A stretch of 64,000 bases of DNA. Origin: Mobula hypostoma. Its lineage: Eukaryota. A program made the position numbers and the translations under genes. This document shows positions 25,062 to 37,965 of this stretch, piece after piece. The notes beneath the pieces are model-generated. The model did no database searches. It saw nothing but the letters and a program-made list of their open reading frames with translations, and was not told where the DNA came from. Position 1 is the stretch's first letter. Every line of letters begins with the position of its first letter. Where the stretch lies: the NCBI RefSeq assembly GCF_963921235.1, contig NC_086111.1, forward strand, positions 48,918,001 through 48,982,000, given 5' to 3'.

Positions 25062-26980
25062 TATGTGTGTGTGTGGCATCCGTTAGTCTCGCGAGACCAT
25101 GGATCTCTGCACCTGGAAAGTCTTGCTTCAGTCTGTGTTGGTAGAGCAGCGTCTGTTGTGGCTGTAGAGGTCCACACGTGAGTGATAGTCTCTGCTGCAG
25201 CGACTGCACTTGAAGGCGCTGTCCTCTAGTGTTGTCTTGATGCTGTTTTTCTGACGAATGCACTTTTCTTCAGCAGCAAGCCTCAGCTTCTCTTCTCCTC
25301 ATTTTAGACCTCTGCATAGTTCCAGCCTCCAGCGAGAGCGATCGCTTGCGATGTCCTCCCACCTCTCGACGTTCATGTTCAGTGACTTCATGTCTCTCTT
25401 GCAGACGTCTTTGAAACGAAGATGGGGCCGCCCTTGTGCTCTCTTGCTGGAGGCCGGTTCCCCGTACAGCAGGTCTTTCGGGATCTTCCCTTCTGACATG
25501 CGGAGTATGTGGCCCAGCCAGCGGAGACGGCGTTGTTGAAGCAGGGTGAAGAAGCTGGATATCTGGGCGCAGGCCAGGACCTCATTGTTGGTGACTCAGT
25601 CAACCCACTTGATGTCCAGGATGCATCTCAGGCTGCGAAGGTGGAAGGCATTGAGACGCCGCTCTTGTCTAGAGTAGAGGCTCCAGGTCTCGCTGCGTAA
25701 AGCAGTGTGCTGAGGACACAGGCCCTGTAGACTGCAACCTTGGTGTGCGTCATCAGCCTTCTGTTCTCCCAGACTTTCTTTGTCAGCCTGGCGAGTGTTG
25801 AGGCTGCTCGTCCGATCCGTCTGTTGATCTAGGGGTCAAGGGAAAGGCTGTCCGTAATGGTGGAGCCAAGGTATGTAAACTCGTGAACTACCTCCAGCTT
25901 TGTACTTTACTCTTCATTGTCGCCAAACAATTGTTACTAGAACGTACAATCATCACAGCGATATTTGATTCTGCGCTTCCCACTCCCTGGATTACAAATA
26001 TTAAATATTAAAAATAGTAAAAATTAGTAAATATTAAAAATTTAAATTATAAATCGTAAATAAGAAATAGAAAAATGGAAAGTAAGGTAGTGCAAAAAAA
26101 CCAAGAGGCAGGTCCGGATGTTTGGAGGGTACGGCCGAGATCCTGGTCAGGATCCGTTCAGCAGTCTTATCACAGTTGGAAAGAAGCTGTTCCCAAATCT
26201 GGCCGTACGAGTCTTCAAACTCCTGAGCCTTCTCCCGGAGGGAAGAGGGACGAACAGTGTGTTGGCTGGGTGGGTTGTGTCCTTAATTATCCTGGCAGCA
26301 CTGCTCTGACAGCGTGTGGTGTAAAGTGAGTCCACGGATGGCTCGTAGTTGTTGATGGTAATGGCAGGGGGATGCTCAATGCCTTGGCCCAACACATTGG
26401 TTTTCTTCAGGCTGATGGTCAAGCTGAAGTCCTGGCAGGCTCTTGAGAAGCTGTCCATGAGGCGTTGCAGTTGCTCTTCAGAGTGTTTTGCCAGTGTTGC
26501 GTCGTCTGCAAACAACATGTCCCTGATGGGTACTTCACGAACCTTGTTTTTCGCCCTCAGCCGGGACAGACTGAACAACCTCCCGTCCGATCTGGTGTGG
26601 AGGTAGACACCATCAGTTGATGTTCCAAAGGCGTGATTTAGCATAACTGCGAAGAAGATGCCGAACAGGTTGGGGGCAAGCACACAGCCCTGCTTCATAC
26701 TGCTGTGGACATTGAAGGCCTCCGAAAAAAAGCTGTCAAACTGAACGACGCCCTTCATGTCTGTGTGGAATGACTGAACTATCCTGAGGAGCCTCGCAGG
26801 ACAACCAATCCTGGTGAGAATTTTGAACAGGCCGTCTCTGCTCACAAGGTCGAAGGCCTTCGTAAGGTCAATGAAAGTGATGTAGAGTTGTGTCTTTGCT
26901 CTCTGCATTTCTCTTGTAGCTGTTGAAGGTAGAAGATCATGTCGATTGTGGAGCATTCTGACCTGAAACTGCACTGAGAC
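25062..26980 (-). mobile_element. RTE-clade LINE, 5'-truncated and CpG-rich, with a nested insertion at 25900-26340
   Basis: FIDLTKAFDLVSR, KQGCVLAPNLF, DMLFADD, LTISLKKT, FTYLGSTI, IPKDLLYGE, GRPHLRFKDVCKRD; short (CA)n 3' tail. Confidence 0.93.
25900..26340 (-). mobile_element. Rex1/Babar-type 3' fragment nested in the RTE
   Basis: RIIKDTTHPANTLFVPLPSGRRLRSLKTRTARFGNSFFPTVIRLLN. The RTE frame (NNYE|LEVVHEFTYLG) rejoins across it with gct duplicated at 25897-25899 and 26341-26343. Confidence 0.88.
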
Positions 26981-27230
26981 TAAATGACAATAGCCTCTAT
27001 TGAAGATGGTAGCTGGCACTCTAACATTATAATGTACTAATAGATCTTGTGGAAGAGGAAATTTAAACACCCTTCAATCTAATTCAGGGTAGCAACCCAA
27101 CACCATGCATGAGTCCTGATGCAGGGTTTCTACCCAAAATATTGACAATTCCTTTCTTCTCATGGATGCTGCCCAGCCCACAGATCATCCAGTAGATTGT
27201 TTGTTGCTCCAACACTATACGCATCTTGCT

Positions 27231-27802
27231 GGAAGAACTTAGGCCAGGCAGCATCAATGGAAAAGAGTACAGTTACGATGAGGTCACACTCAGGTTGGAG
27301 GAACAACATCTTATATTCCGTCTGGTCAGCCTCCAATCAGATGGTCTGAACACTGATTTCTCAAACTTCCAGTAAAGCCCACCCCCGCCCCCACAAACAC
27401 TTCACCATTCCCCATTCTCACCTTAGCTCTTTACCTGCCCATCAACTCACTATCTGATGCTCCACCCCTTTTCTTTCTTCCATGGCCTTTTGTCATCTTC
27501 TATCAGATTTGCTCTTCTCCAGTCATCTGTCTCTTTCATTAATCAATTCCCCAGCTCTTTACTTCACCCCTCCCCCCACCCTCCTGGTTTCACCTATCTC
27601 CTAGTGGTTCTTTCCTCCGCACCTTCACTTTCTCACTCTGACTCCTCATCTTTTTTTTCCAGTACTAATGAAGGGTCTCAGCCCAAAATGTTGACTGTAC
27701 TATTTTTCAATAGATATTGCCTGGCCTGCTGAGTTCCTCCAGCATTTTGTGTGCGTTGCTGGGATTTCCAGCATTTGCAGATTTTCTCTTGTTTGTGATT
27801 GG
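27231..27802 (+). mobile_element. Penelope-like 3' fragment with a short 5' inverted arm (older copy)
   Basis: Inverted arm 27231-27274, then DEVTLRLEEQHLIFRLVSLQSDGLN, decayed hammerhead at ~27661-27696. TSD actat(acg/gca)catcttgct at 27214-27230 and 27803-27819. Confidence 0.85.
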
Positions 27803-28189
27803 ACTATGCACATCTTGCTCATCAGAGAGATACAACTGTGGGAATTGGTCTGTCATCCTCATTTATGTGTAGCTGGTGAAGTCCAGATCTGAACACTCTT
27901 GTTTCTACCCAAGTGTGGACCTTAAAATTTACCTCTGTTTATTGAAGGATTGTTTTTTTGGCAGCCAGGTTCATGACAGTGCAGCCATATGAATGATAGT
28001 TTTGCAGAAAGAAAACCAATCCGATATTAGGTAATCAGCGTACATGGTGATGTCTTTTGACAGGTGTGCACACTGGGTGCCAAAATTGGAATAGGCAATG
28101 GAATGAGAAGGGCACACAGTGTGGAAAATTGTGTGTGCATCCTGCATGCAATATTGAATCATTGGTGCCCAATTTTCCCTTGCAAACAA

Positions 28190-28370
28190 GCACAGCTGTA
28201 CAACTAATAGAGTGACTGTCTAACAATGCCAGATACCCAGGTTCAGTCCTTAGTGTAGGTGGTGTCTGTATGGAGCTTGTATGTCCTCCCTGACACCTTG
28301 TAGGTTTTTCCCCACATTCCAAGGATGTGGATTTGTTGGTCAATTTGCCACTGTAATTTCGCAAATAACC
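28190..28370 (+). mobile_element. Decayed V-SINE-like element
   Basis: ccaggttcagtcct...gtctgtatggagcttgtatgtcctccc...cccacattccaagga. Confidence 0.6.
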
Positions 28371-30719
28371 GGCCACCAATCTTTGGATGTGAATATGGAT
28401 TGTGGATTTGATTTAAAATGCAAATCTGAACAATGGGTTCCTAAAAGCATTGAACCACAGACCAAAGAGACCAAGAAACTGGCACTTAGCTGATTGGCTC
28501 TATGTGTAGGCATCCAGTGAACATCCCATTGCATGGATGTGACAGTGATTAACACTTGTTTTGGGCATGATAGTGTGAAGATTCAAACATTTTAAACTGT
28601 TAAGTGTATAGTTCAAGAGGGCATTGTAAATATGGATTTGTTTTAATTGCCCTGAATTTTCTTTGATCTTTAGCATATAAAATGTGGGTAGTGCTGGGCG
28701 TAGGCAGATCTTTCCACCAAAAGCGTCTCCATATGATGCCTACAGTATCTGGCTTTGTCAAATAAAGAGCCTGCCTCGTATCTACCAGTACTTTTCTCTG
28801 GTGACTTAATTCACACAACAAAGATTAATGTAAAATTTGTGTCAATATATGTTTAATGGTCAACACAGACTTGGTTCTAGACAGTATCTCTCTCAATGAC
28901 TCGCAGGACTGTTGGTTTTTACCATAGGCTTTGGGGGAATAAGTAATACCTCCACTGAGAGAACAAGAAATTGAACTGAAAGTTGCCATCTTGAGCACGA
29001 TTGTCAATATGGGTACAAATTTCTCTAGAATTACGTGTGCTTTATGAATTGCATTTTGCTTTTCAAATGTCTGCTCAAAATCGGATGCATATTGATAGGA
29101 ATATTTGTAGGTGTCCTCAAAGGTCCAAAATGACCTTTCCTCAATGATGTACTAACTTGTTACCAGCAGCAGCAGAAATGTAAGGCTAGCAGTACATTTT
29201 ATTGCTTTGTTGATTCACCTACACATTGATATAAACTGTAAACACTTGCCTTTTTCACCAATAGCAAACCTTGCACTTCTTTCCTTATAATTCTCAATAT
29301 TTTGTATTTCTTTGTGATGTTTGTCCACCTTCCATCCTAATCCCTTTTGTCCCTCATCCCTGAAGTGATTCAGGTTGTCCTGCATTTTCATAGTATAGTT
29401 TTATCAGAACTCTGAAAGCTGCAATGGAAACCAGGAACTGAAATATGCACAATACACTTAACTATAGCAGATGGATTTCAGTAATGTGCATATTTCATTT
29501 GCCATCTAGCACAGATCACTACCTGCTGGAATTGCTTCCTTATATAAAATATACATATATGTTGCTATTGCCACATTCTATGTAAAACAGAGTCAAATGT
29601 TAAGCATTTCTGCCTCTTTTGTACTGTACCCACTCTCGTTAAGTCACACTTAACATTAATGTTTCATCTGCTTTCCTTGGAGAATTTGTGTTCAGCTTCA
29701 TTTATTTCCAAGCATGTGGCTGTTCCTTGCGTCTTTAATTTCTCATTTCTTAAGGCATTTTTTAAAATACTATTTTAATGAATATATGCATCATATCATT
29801 ATATTCTACATTTCATTTGCTTATGATATGAATGATAATATCAATCCATTAAGTAAATGTGTTTCAAAATATTAGAAGCAATAAATAAAGAAAAACTGTC
29901 AGTCTGAATATTATCCTGAAAAATATGCTGTACACAAAGATTTTACGATGGATCCATTTAAAACATCTGGACTACTTGTGAGTGGAGAGTGAATTGTGAT
30001 CTTTGGTGCAGTTTTATTAAATTGATTAGGCAAAGTAAGTTCTCTTTTATTAGCAGTTAGAGATGATTTAGTTTGATGCACATTTCGCACAGGTTAACAT
30101 ATCAGCTAACAAGATGATTTAAGTTTTGTGCACGTAATCTATGCAAGAAGTTTTGGAGCTCAACCACCTCTTACCACTTCAAGTTGTGTTCAAATATTTC
30201 ATTTAATTAGATTGATATCCTAAATGAAAACTGGCATCACCCAGGCCCCCTTGCTTGAAATGCACCATTGTCACAGAAAATGGAGCCGAGATTGGACTTT
30301 CATTTCCTGCCAATCAGAAAATGCTGACCTGTATATAAATAAATGAATGACGAGGAATAAAAGCTTGTTCTGGTCTGTCCTTATTTCTGTTAACATTAAG
30401 TTAGTGATACTGATTTATTTGTCAACCATGTACTTTATGTGCGCAGTGTTTTGTTGAATGCTATTTCATTATTTTCTCAGTCATCAAAACATATTGCTGA
30501 CATTCATCAATATTTACATTGTACAGCAATTATAGTTTTTCAACAGCATTTGATTCTATCATTCGTAAATTCTTGGTTTTTCAAAATGTTTATATTTGAT
30601 AGAATTTCTATGAAATTCAGTCATATTGAGTTGTAGGATTAATAGCATTAAAAACTCCTGGGGGAGTCAAATTCTTTGGGATCCAGTTGGTGTCATAGAA
30701 CACAGGTTTTTGGAAAGAA

Positions 30720-31070
30720 AGAATGGATAACAAGGATGACCCTCTCTATCGTAGAGGACATCTTCAAAAGGTGGTGCTTCCAGAAGGGGAGCATCTATCA
30801 TTTAAGGATCATCACTATCCAGGACATGCCCTCTTCTTACCACTGTTATGGGAAAGATGTACAGGAGGCTGAAGACCCACACTCAATGTTTTAGGAACAA
30901 CATCTTCCCCTTCACCATCAGGTTTCTGAATGGTGCATGAATACTACCTCACTATTCCTCTTGTGCATTATCTATCTATCTATCATAACTTATGGTAATT
31001 TTTTGTCTTGCACTATAAAACAACAAATTTCACCACATATGTCAGTGATAATAAGCTTAATTCTGTATTC
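30720..31070 (+). mobile_element. Rex1/Babar-type 3' fragment
   Basis: Matches the reverse complement of 8270-8620; caacaaatttcaccacatatgtcagtgataataa end. Confidence 0.75.
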
Positions 31071-31169
31071 TCAGGATTCTGAACATATAAACCACTGCAA
31101 GAATGAAAAATTAAAATAAAGCCCCGGATAGCATTTTGTTACATAAACCAAAAATAAAGCAATCATATT

Positions 31170-31800
31170 GCTTGGAGACAAGAGATTGCAGATGCTGGAA
31201 TCTGGAGCAACAGGCAATTTGCTCGAGAAACTCAGTAGGTTGAGCAGCATTTGTGAGGGATGGTGGGAGGAATTGTCAGCACTTTCCATGAAAATGTTAA
31301 GGGGAGAAAGGTTCAGTATAAAGAGGAGAGGACAAGATGGAAGTGGTGAATGGAGGGCTGAAAGAAAATGAAGAAATAGAGATGGATGATAAAGTGAGGT
31401 GGATGGAGCAATGTGGAGGAAGAAGAGGGTAAAGGATAGAGATGTCTGCTGGAGCAGGAACATAAAGTGCTACATATACTGGAACCTGATAAGTAAAGGG
31501 TGAGGTTATGGGAGCTATTAGGAGAGTGGTGACTGGCAGTTAGTACCAGATAGGGAGATTTGGGATGGGGTATGTGGAGCCCATGGGTGAATTATGTGGG
31601 TAGTAGGTGAATAGAACCAGGAGAGGGAGGGGGATAGAGATGGGTAATGGAGAGCACGATTGGGGTGGATGGGAAAGTGGAAAGAAATGGAAGGACCAAA
31701 GGACATTTCAAAGGGAGGGGGGAAGATTGTGGGACCATGGAAGAGGGGGAGAAACCCATTTGAGGGGAATTTAAAATTAGGAAACTCTTATGTAATTCAA
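31170..31800 (-). mobile_element. Old Penelope terminal repeat
   Basis: gagattgcagatgctggaatctggagcaac start followed by a purine-rich tract. Confidence 0.65.
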
Positions 31801-31959
31801 GTTAATTCTTGGATATTTTATTACTGCAACTGGAAATATTTGCATAATTGATACAATATCCCTGAAGCAGACACTGTCTAATCAGTACTGATCAGTCCTA
31901 TAAGTGTTACAGGCAATTATAGATATAAAATAAACAAGACATTAATCACTTCCTTATTA

Positions 31960-32090
31960 GTCAGGGCATCAACGGTTGTAGAGAAAAGACAAAAGAATGG
32001 GGTTGAGAGGGATAACAAATCAGCCATGATGAAATGGTGGAGCAGGCTTAATGGGCCAAATGGCATAATTTTGCTCCCATGATCTTATGA
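31960..32090 (+). mobile_element. CR1 3' UTR fragment
   Basis: Similar to 6035-6165. Confidence 0.75.
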
Positions 32091-32220
32091 GAGTTAGAAG
32101 CACAATTATATCTATGTTATTCTGTGCTGGTGGTCAATATATCATAGATTTTCCTTGAATCTGAAGCTGTTTGCCAAATTAAATGGTTGGATCCTCTGAT
32201 TACCATTAAAATAAAGCCAT

Positions 32221-32454
32221 AACAACAAATTCTGCAGTTGCTGGAAATTCAAGCAACACACATCAAAGTTGCTGGTCTATATCCCCTTTGCCAATCACCT
32301 GTCCATCTCTTAGCTCCATCCCTCCCCCTCCTGTCTTGTCCTATCATTTTGGATCTCCCCCTCCCCCTCCCACTTTCAAATCTCTTACTATCTCTTCCTT
32401 CAGTTAGTCCTGACGAAGGGTCTCGGCCTAAAACGTCGACTGTACCTCTTCCTA
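32221..32454. mobile_element. Inverted Penelope cassette with a hammerhead at 32406-32441 (G12 mutated)
   Basis: Minus arm 32221-32276, plus arm 32277-32454; exact TSD aaaataaagccat at 32208-32220 and 32455-32467. Confidence 0.9.
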
Positions 32455-33129
32455 AAAATAAAGCCATGCTTGTTTCTGAGAATGTAGAAGCCGAGATATG
32501 ATTTGGCTGTAATTAGAAAGGTTTATGAATGACCATCTCCTGGAGTTACTGCTGATTTCTTTGGTAGGGTGAAAGAACAAAATCCAGAGTTATTTTTCCA
32601 AACTTGTTCATGAGTTGTTCATTACAGAACATCAAAACGAGCTGGAACACAGCAGGTCATTCAACAGCTGTGAAGAGAGAAACTGAGTAAATGCTTCAGG
32701 TTGATAACATTTCATGAGAATCTGGAAAATTAGAGATCAAATGACTTTTACCTGCAGACAAAAGACTAAGAGAGGCAAGAGCAAATGTGAAGGTCTGTTA
32801 ACAAAGTTAATCCTGCAAGTACAGCAAATATTTATGCAATTAAGTGGTAGTCTTGCTACTAATGCATAGGGCTTTGCAGAGGGGTTTCATGCAAATCCTA
32901 CAGTTTTGTTTCTCTTATCTAAGGGAGGGTAAATTTGCCTTTGGGGTGATGTTTCACAGAATTGAGTCTGAGAATGAGGTCATTTTATTTGTGTGAAAGA
33001 GTGAGTAGAATGTTCCCCCTGTATTTTGCATTAGAAAATGGCATAAGAAGTAGAAGCTAGAGTAGATCATTCAGTCCATGGTTCCTGCATCTCCATCCAA
33101 TAAAATTTTGATTTGATGTTATTTAGAGC

Positions 33130-33350
33130 TGCAACCCACCTATTTAACTCTATTTAATCACAGAACAACTTACAATGAGCAATTAACCTTCTAGTGGTAC
33201 ATCTTTGGGATGTAGGAGGAAATCAGAACACCCAGAAGAAACCCATGCAGCCACAGGGAGAGTATGAAAACTCCTTATAGACAGTGCTGGAACTGAACTC
33301 TGAATCCTGGGCTGCAGTAGTGTCACACTAACCACTATGCTACCATGGTG
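33130..33350 (-). mobile_element. V-SINE-like element, embedded in a decayed minus-strand CR1
   Basis: ctttgggatgtaggaggaaatcagaacacccagaagaaacccatgca...cactaaccactatgctacc (reverse tRNA head). Confidence 0.7.
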
Positions 33351-33619
33351 TCTTAAAATCTGACTGCTATTTTACCTCAACACCACCCTCCTGTGCTAAC
33401 CCCATCTTTGATTACCTTAAGATCTAAACATCTATTGATGTATTCCTTCAATATATTAAGTGACTGACTTTCCACAATCTTAGGTGAAGAGTTCTAAAAA
33501 TCTTCTACACTCCAAGTGAAGAAATTTCTTTTCATGTCCATCTGGACTGACTGACACCTCAGTTAGAGAGAGTGAACCCTGATTCTAAAGTACAGCCAGG
33601 GAAAATGCTCTGGACAAGA

Positions 33620-34230
33620 AGGCTCACCAATGCCTCTACTTTCTCAGGAGGCTAAAGAAATTTGGCATGTCCCTGTTGACCCTCACCAATTTTTATCGAT
33701 GCACCATAGAAAGCAACCTTTCTGGATACATAATGGCCTGGTATGGCAACTGTTCTACATATAACTGCAAGAGACTGCAGAGATGTTGACACAACCCAGA
33801 AAATCATGGAAACCAGCCTCCCCTTAGACTATGGTCTCTGTCTATACTTCTTGCCGCCTCAGTAAAGCAGCCACTCACTCTGAACATTTGCTCTTTTCCA
33901 CTCTTCCATCGAGCACAAAATACAAAAGTCTGAAAACATGTACCACCAGACTTAGTTACAGCCTCTACCCTACTGATATAAGACTATTGAATGACTCCTT
34001 AGTATGATAAAATTAGCCCTTGACCTCACAATCTACCTCGTTTTATTTTATTTACCTGCACTGCACTTTCTCTGCAGTGGTTATACTTCATTCTGCATTG
34101 TTACCTCTTTATCTTGTTCTGCCTCAATGCATTGTGTAGTGAATTGATCAGTATGAACAGCATGCAAGACAAGCTTTATGTTGTGTTTCAGTACATGTGA
34201 CAAGTATACATCAACTCCATTTCCACTTCC
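33620..34230 (+). mobile_element. Rex1/Babar-type 3' fragment
   Basis: YFLRRLKKFGMS..TLTNFYRCTIES.LSG.I.AWYGNC readable on the plus strand. Confidence 0.85.
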
Positions 34231-34319
34231 AATTCAACTTTGCATCTGCTTTGTGAAAACCTATAAGAATATTCCACATTCTCATGAGATCACACCTCAT
34301 TGTTCTAACCCAACGAGTA

Positions 34320-34836
34320 GTCACTAAGAGGCCACCTTATTAGCTACACCTGCTCATTAATGCAAATATCTAATCAGCCAATCATATGGCAACAACTCAA
34401 TGCATAAAAACATGCAGACATGGTCAAGAGGGTCAGTTGTTGTTCAGACCAAACATTAGAATGAGGGGACAAAATATGATCAAAGTGATGTTGACTGAAA
34501 TGTTCATTGGTGCTAGATGGAGTGGTTTGAGTATCTTGTAAACTGCTGATCTCTTATGATCTTCGTGTATAGCAGTCTCAAGTTTACAGAGAATGGTGTG
34601 AAAAACAAAAAAAAATACAGTGAGTGGCAGTTCTGTTGACAAAAATGCCTTGTTAATAAGAGAGGTTAGAGGAGAATGGCCAGACTGGTTCATGCTGATA
34701 GGGAGATGATAGTAATGCAAATAATCACACGTTAAAACAGTGGTGTGCAGAAGAGCAACGTGTTTAACCTTGAAGTAGATGGGCTACAGCAGCAGAAAAT
34801 GCACCGGGTTTCACTCCTGTACTGATAAAGTAGCCA
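34320..34836. mobile_element. Non-autonomous Tc1/mariner-like DNA transposon
   Basis: Decayed inverted termini ggccaccttattag (left) and ctgataaagtagcc (right); internal Tc1-like N-terminal remnant. Confidence 0.65.
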
Positions 34837-35002
34837 GCCTTACTCTGCCACATATAAATCTTTCCTACTTCCTAAGGTAGGGAGATCAGGTCTGTACCTG
34901 TTATTTCAGATTTAATATATCACCAGAGCCTTATAGAACTGAAGCAAAAAATTTATTCCCTTTTACTCAAATCCTCTTACTGAAAAGGCCAACACATTGT
35001 TT

Positions 35003-35288
35003 AAAAACGCAAACACGGGGAATTCTGCAGATGCTGGAAATTCAAGCAACACACATCAAAGTTGCTGGTGAACGCAGCAGGCCAGGCAGCATCTCTAGGA
35101 AGAGGTACAGTCGACGTTTCAGGCCGAGACCCTTCATCAGGACACATCAAAGTTGCTGGTGAACGCAGCAGGCCAGGCAGCATCTCTAGGAAGAGGTACA
35201 GTTGACATTTCAGGCTGAGACCGATTGTACCTCTTCCTAGAGATGCTGCCTGACCTGCTGTGTTCACCAGCAACTTTGATGTGTGTTG
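35003..35288. mobile_element. Three-arm Penelope cassette (minus, minus, plus) with an intact minus-strand hammerhead at 35109-35143
   Basis: Tandem arms 35003-35143 and 35142-35222, inverted arm 35223-35288. TSD caaca(c/t)attgttt at 34990-35002 and 35289-35301. Confidence 0.9.
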
Positions 35289-35829
35289 CAACATATTGTT
35301 TGTTAACTTAATTGCTTTGGTATATTTACTTATAATGATTTGCATACAAAGACAGCCATTTCCTTTGAACCCCAACGCTTTTCAATGTTTCATTGTTTGA
35401 AAAGGTCTTTCTTTCTATTTTCTTCTACCATAGTGTGTCTTCACTCTTTTCAGATCATATTCCATCTGCCATGTCTCTGCCTAGACACTTGGGCCATTAG
35501 TATACCCCAGAGCCTTTCTGTCTTCTCACAGTCTACACTGCCAATCATGTTGCAACACTACAAAATGTGGATGTACAATTCTTGCCCCCCCCTCCCTTTA
35601 TCTAAATCCTTGATAAGATTCAAAGAATAGCTGGAGCCTAGCATTAATCCTTACAATTTTGCATTAGCCATAACCTTATTTAAAAGACTGATGCTTTCCT
35701 GGAAGCATAAGATTCAGAGGGTTTAGCAGTTTTGGAGCTCTGATGGGTTAAAGTAAAAGGCCAGGCACTTAGACTGAGATTAGTGTGACTTTCTTCTTTG
35801 CGTCTCATGAATCTTAGGAACTCTTCAGC

Positions 35830-36190
35830 CCAGAAATTTGTGTAGGCTGAGCCATTGAGATGAGTGAAGAACTGAGGCCAATGATGAGATCAACCAGCTG
35901 AAAGGTATACATTTGAGTCAGGTAAGAAAAGTGGATGGCGATGGAGCAAGTAAAGAAAAAGCAGGTGAATCGAATACAGGCAACAATGGGTACAACAGAA
36001 CATTGGTCTGAGATCATTGAATTTGGAAAGCTGTAGTATGCCAAGTGGAAAGATGAACTGATTGAATGTAGGAGGATGAGAAAAGTAATGTCAAAGTATG
36101 AGTCAGTTAGGGAGCTAAAGTGACAGATGGCTGAGAGCATGGAGCCATGCCTATGAACTTAATGAGAGCTTTCTGCAAAGTGCTTGCCTT
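35830..36190 (-). mobile_element. Highly decayed Penelope GIY-YIG/terminal-repeat remnant
   Basis: Weak reverse-complement similarity to 13800-14020. Confidence 0.5.
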
Positions 36191-37289
36191 TGTTCTCATC
36201 AATACAGGATATTTGTTTCTTGGCTGTCCTTGCAGGTTGTGTGACTAAGGCTAAAGAATGGTAATCATGGGATGCTGGTGTGAAAAATGTAAAATCGTGT
36301 GCCAGAATTCAAATGCCGTCAAAACAAATTTTTGGCAGTAACAGTCTACAGTTTTATTTTGGATTTATCTGCATGAAATAAGAATTCAGTATTGTAATTT
36401 ATAGTAAATGAATGCTCCAGTAATTTAGGTATCACAATTTCATCCCACTCACCACGACAGATTTTCATTTGGGTATTTTTGCTGCACTGAATAATAGGCA
36501 ATAGAACTTTATCTTTAATGTAGCACTGAAGAGTTATTTCATTGCATCTTGGAATATTCAGATCATTCTGGGATCATGTTTTAGTCACAATGATTGGGCT
36601 GAAATAGCTTGGTAGAATTTCTCCTTCATTATTGTTTCTTCAATGTTTGTCAATGTATTGTAAAAATTATGCTGATGATCAACATTATTAAAGGATGTAC
36701 CCCAATTTCACGTCCTCTGGACATTCTAAAGAGTTTCAGCACAGTAGACTTGGTAAACAAAAAGGACTGACTGCAAGCGACTGAAGTATGGACAAGTAAT
36801 TTAGCTACTTTTAGTTGAGATTACTTAAAGGTTTTCAGTGGTTTAATATTTTTGTTTAATCTTTTAATTCCTTCTTTGGTTTTTTACAGTTATTATAATG
36901 TTTTTGAATGTTAAAGACACTTAGAAACTATCAAAGTCCTTGACTACATTTGACAAAACTAGTGCTGTGATATAGCTGGCTGACAGTTACGTTCTCTGTT
37001 CTACAATCATGGCTTATTCTGCCTTCTCCACATAATACTTTCATGATGCACAAGGTCATCTATTCCTGTAATTACCTCAGCAAAAAAACTCAACAAAAAT
37101 ATGGCAAACATGATCATGTACACGTTCCAAAATATTCTTAAACCTTTTCTTAAAACCAAAAATACTGGAAATACTCAACAAGTTAGGCTGCCTACATGGA
37201 GGAATAAGCAGAGTTAACATTCTTCTTTTCCTTTCATCACTTACTACTCTGTTGTTTTCTTTCAGCTTCACATCCATATCTACTTGAAA

Positions 37290-37965
37290 TACAGTTGATT
37301 CTGGTTAATTGAGACACATCATGACCTGTACATTTTGGCCCAATTAGCCGAAATTTCTTAGAAATAGTTAAAAAGGTATGAAAAAGATAAGCTACAATTG
37401 AACCAAGTAGCAAAATGTGTGTTTAAGTGAAATACAGGACAAATTAGGATACTACTAAATTACACTATTCTAAAACTGTGTATTAGTTCTAAATAATTAT
37501 CAACAGAGGAATTCATCCAATGTATGCTGCAATGTTCTTTGACTGTAAATGAACAAGATCAGTTCAGGGACCTCGTGCAGGTAATGGTCTACCTTCAAAC
37601 AATGCTCTCAATGATTGGATCCTCCTAATTTTATTTTCATTCAAGATGATTGTTGATATGTTTAAATTCATCATAGTTCCTAACTTGTTGAAATAGTGAA
37701 ATAGTTTCAATTTCACCCCTGGCTGTTTCTGGCATATCCTAGTTTGAATGCATGAAACCACAATGAATAAAACAGTTCTGAATTATCTTGCTACTTATTA
37801 TTTGCCATCTGTAAGTGACAAAAATCACTTCTTTTTGAATACAAGCATGTGCAATGACACTATTTAAAAGCTGTTTTCTCAAAGCATGGTGTTGTGTCTA
37901 ATGGTTGTACTGCATGCACACGACTGACGCTAGTTAGAAATTGTTCAGCAGCAGTCTCCTGACTA
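37290..37965. mobile_element. Probable pogo/Tigger-like non-autonomous DNA transposon, one end only
   Basis: TA followed by cagttgattctggttaattgagacac terminus; matching right TIR not found. Confidence 0.4.
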
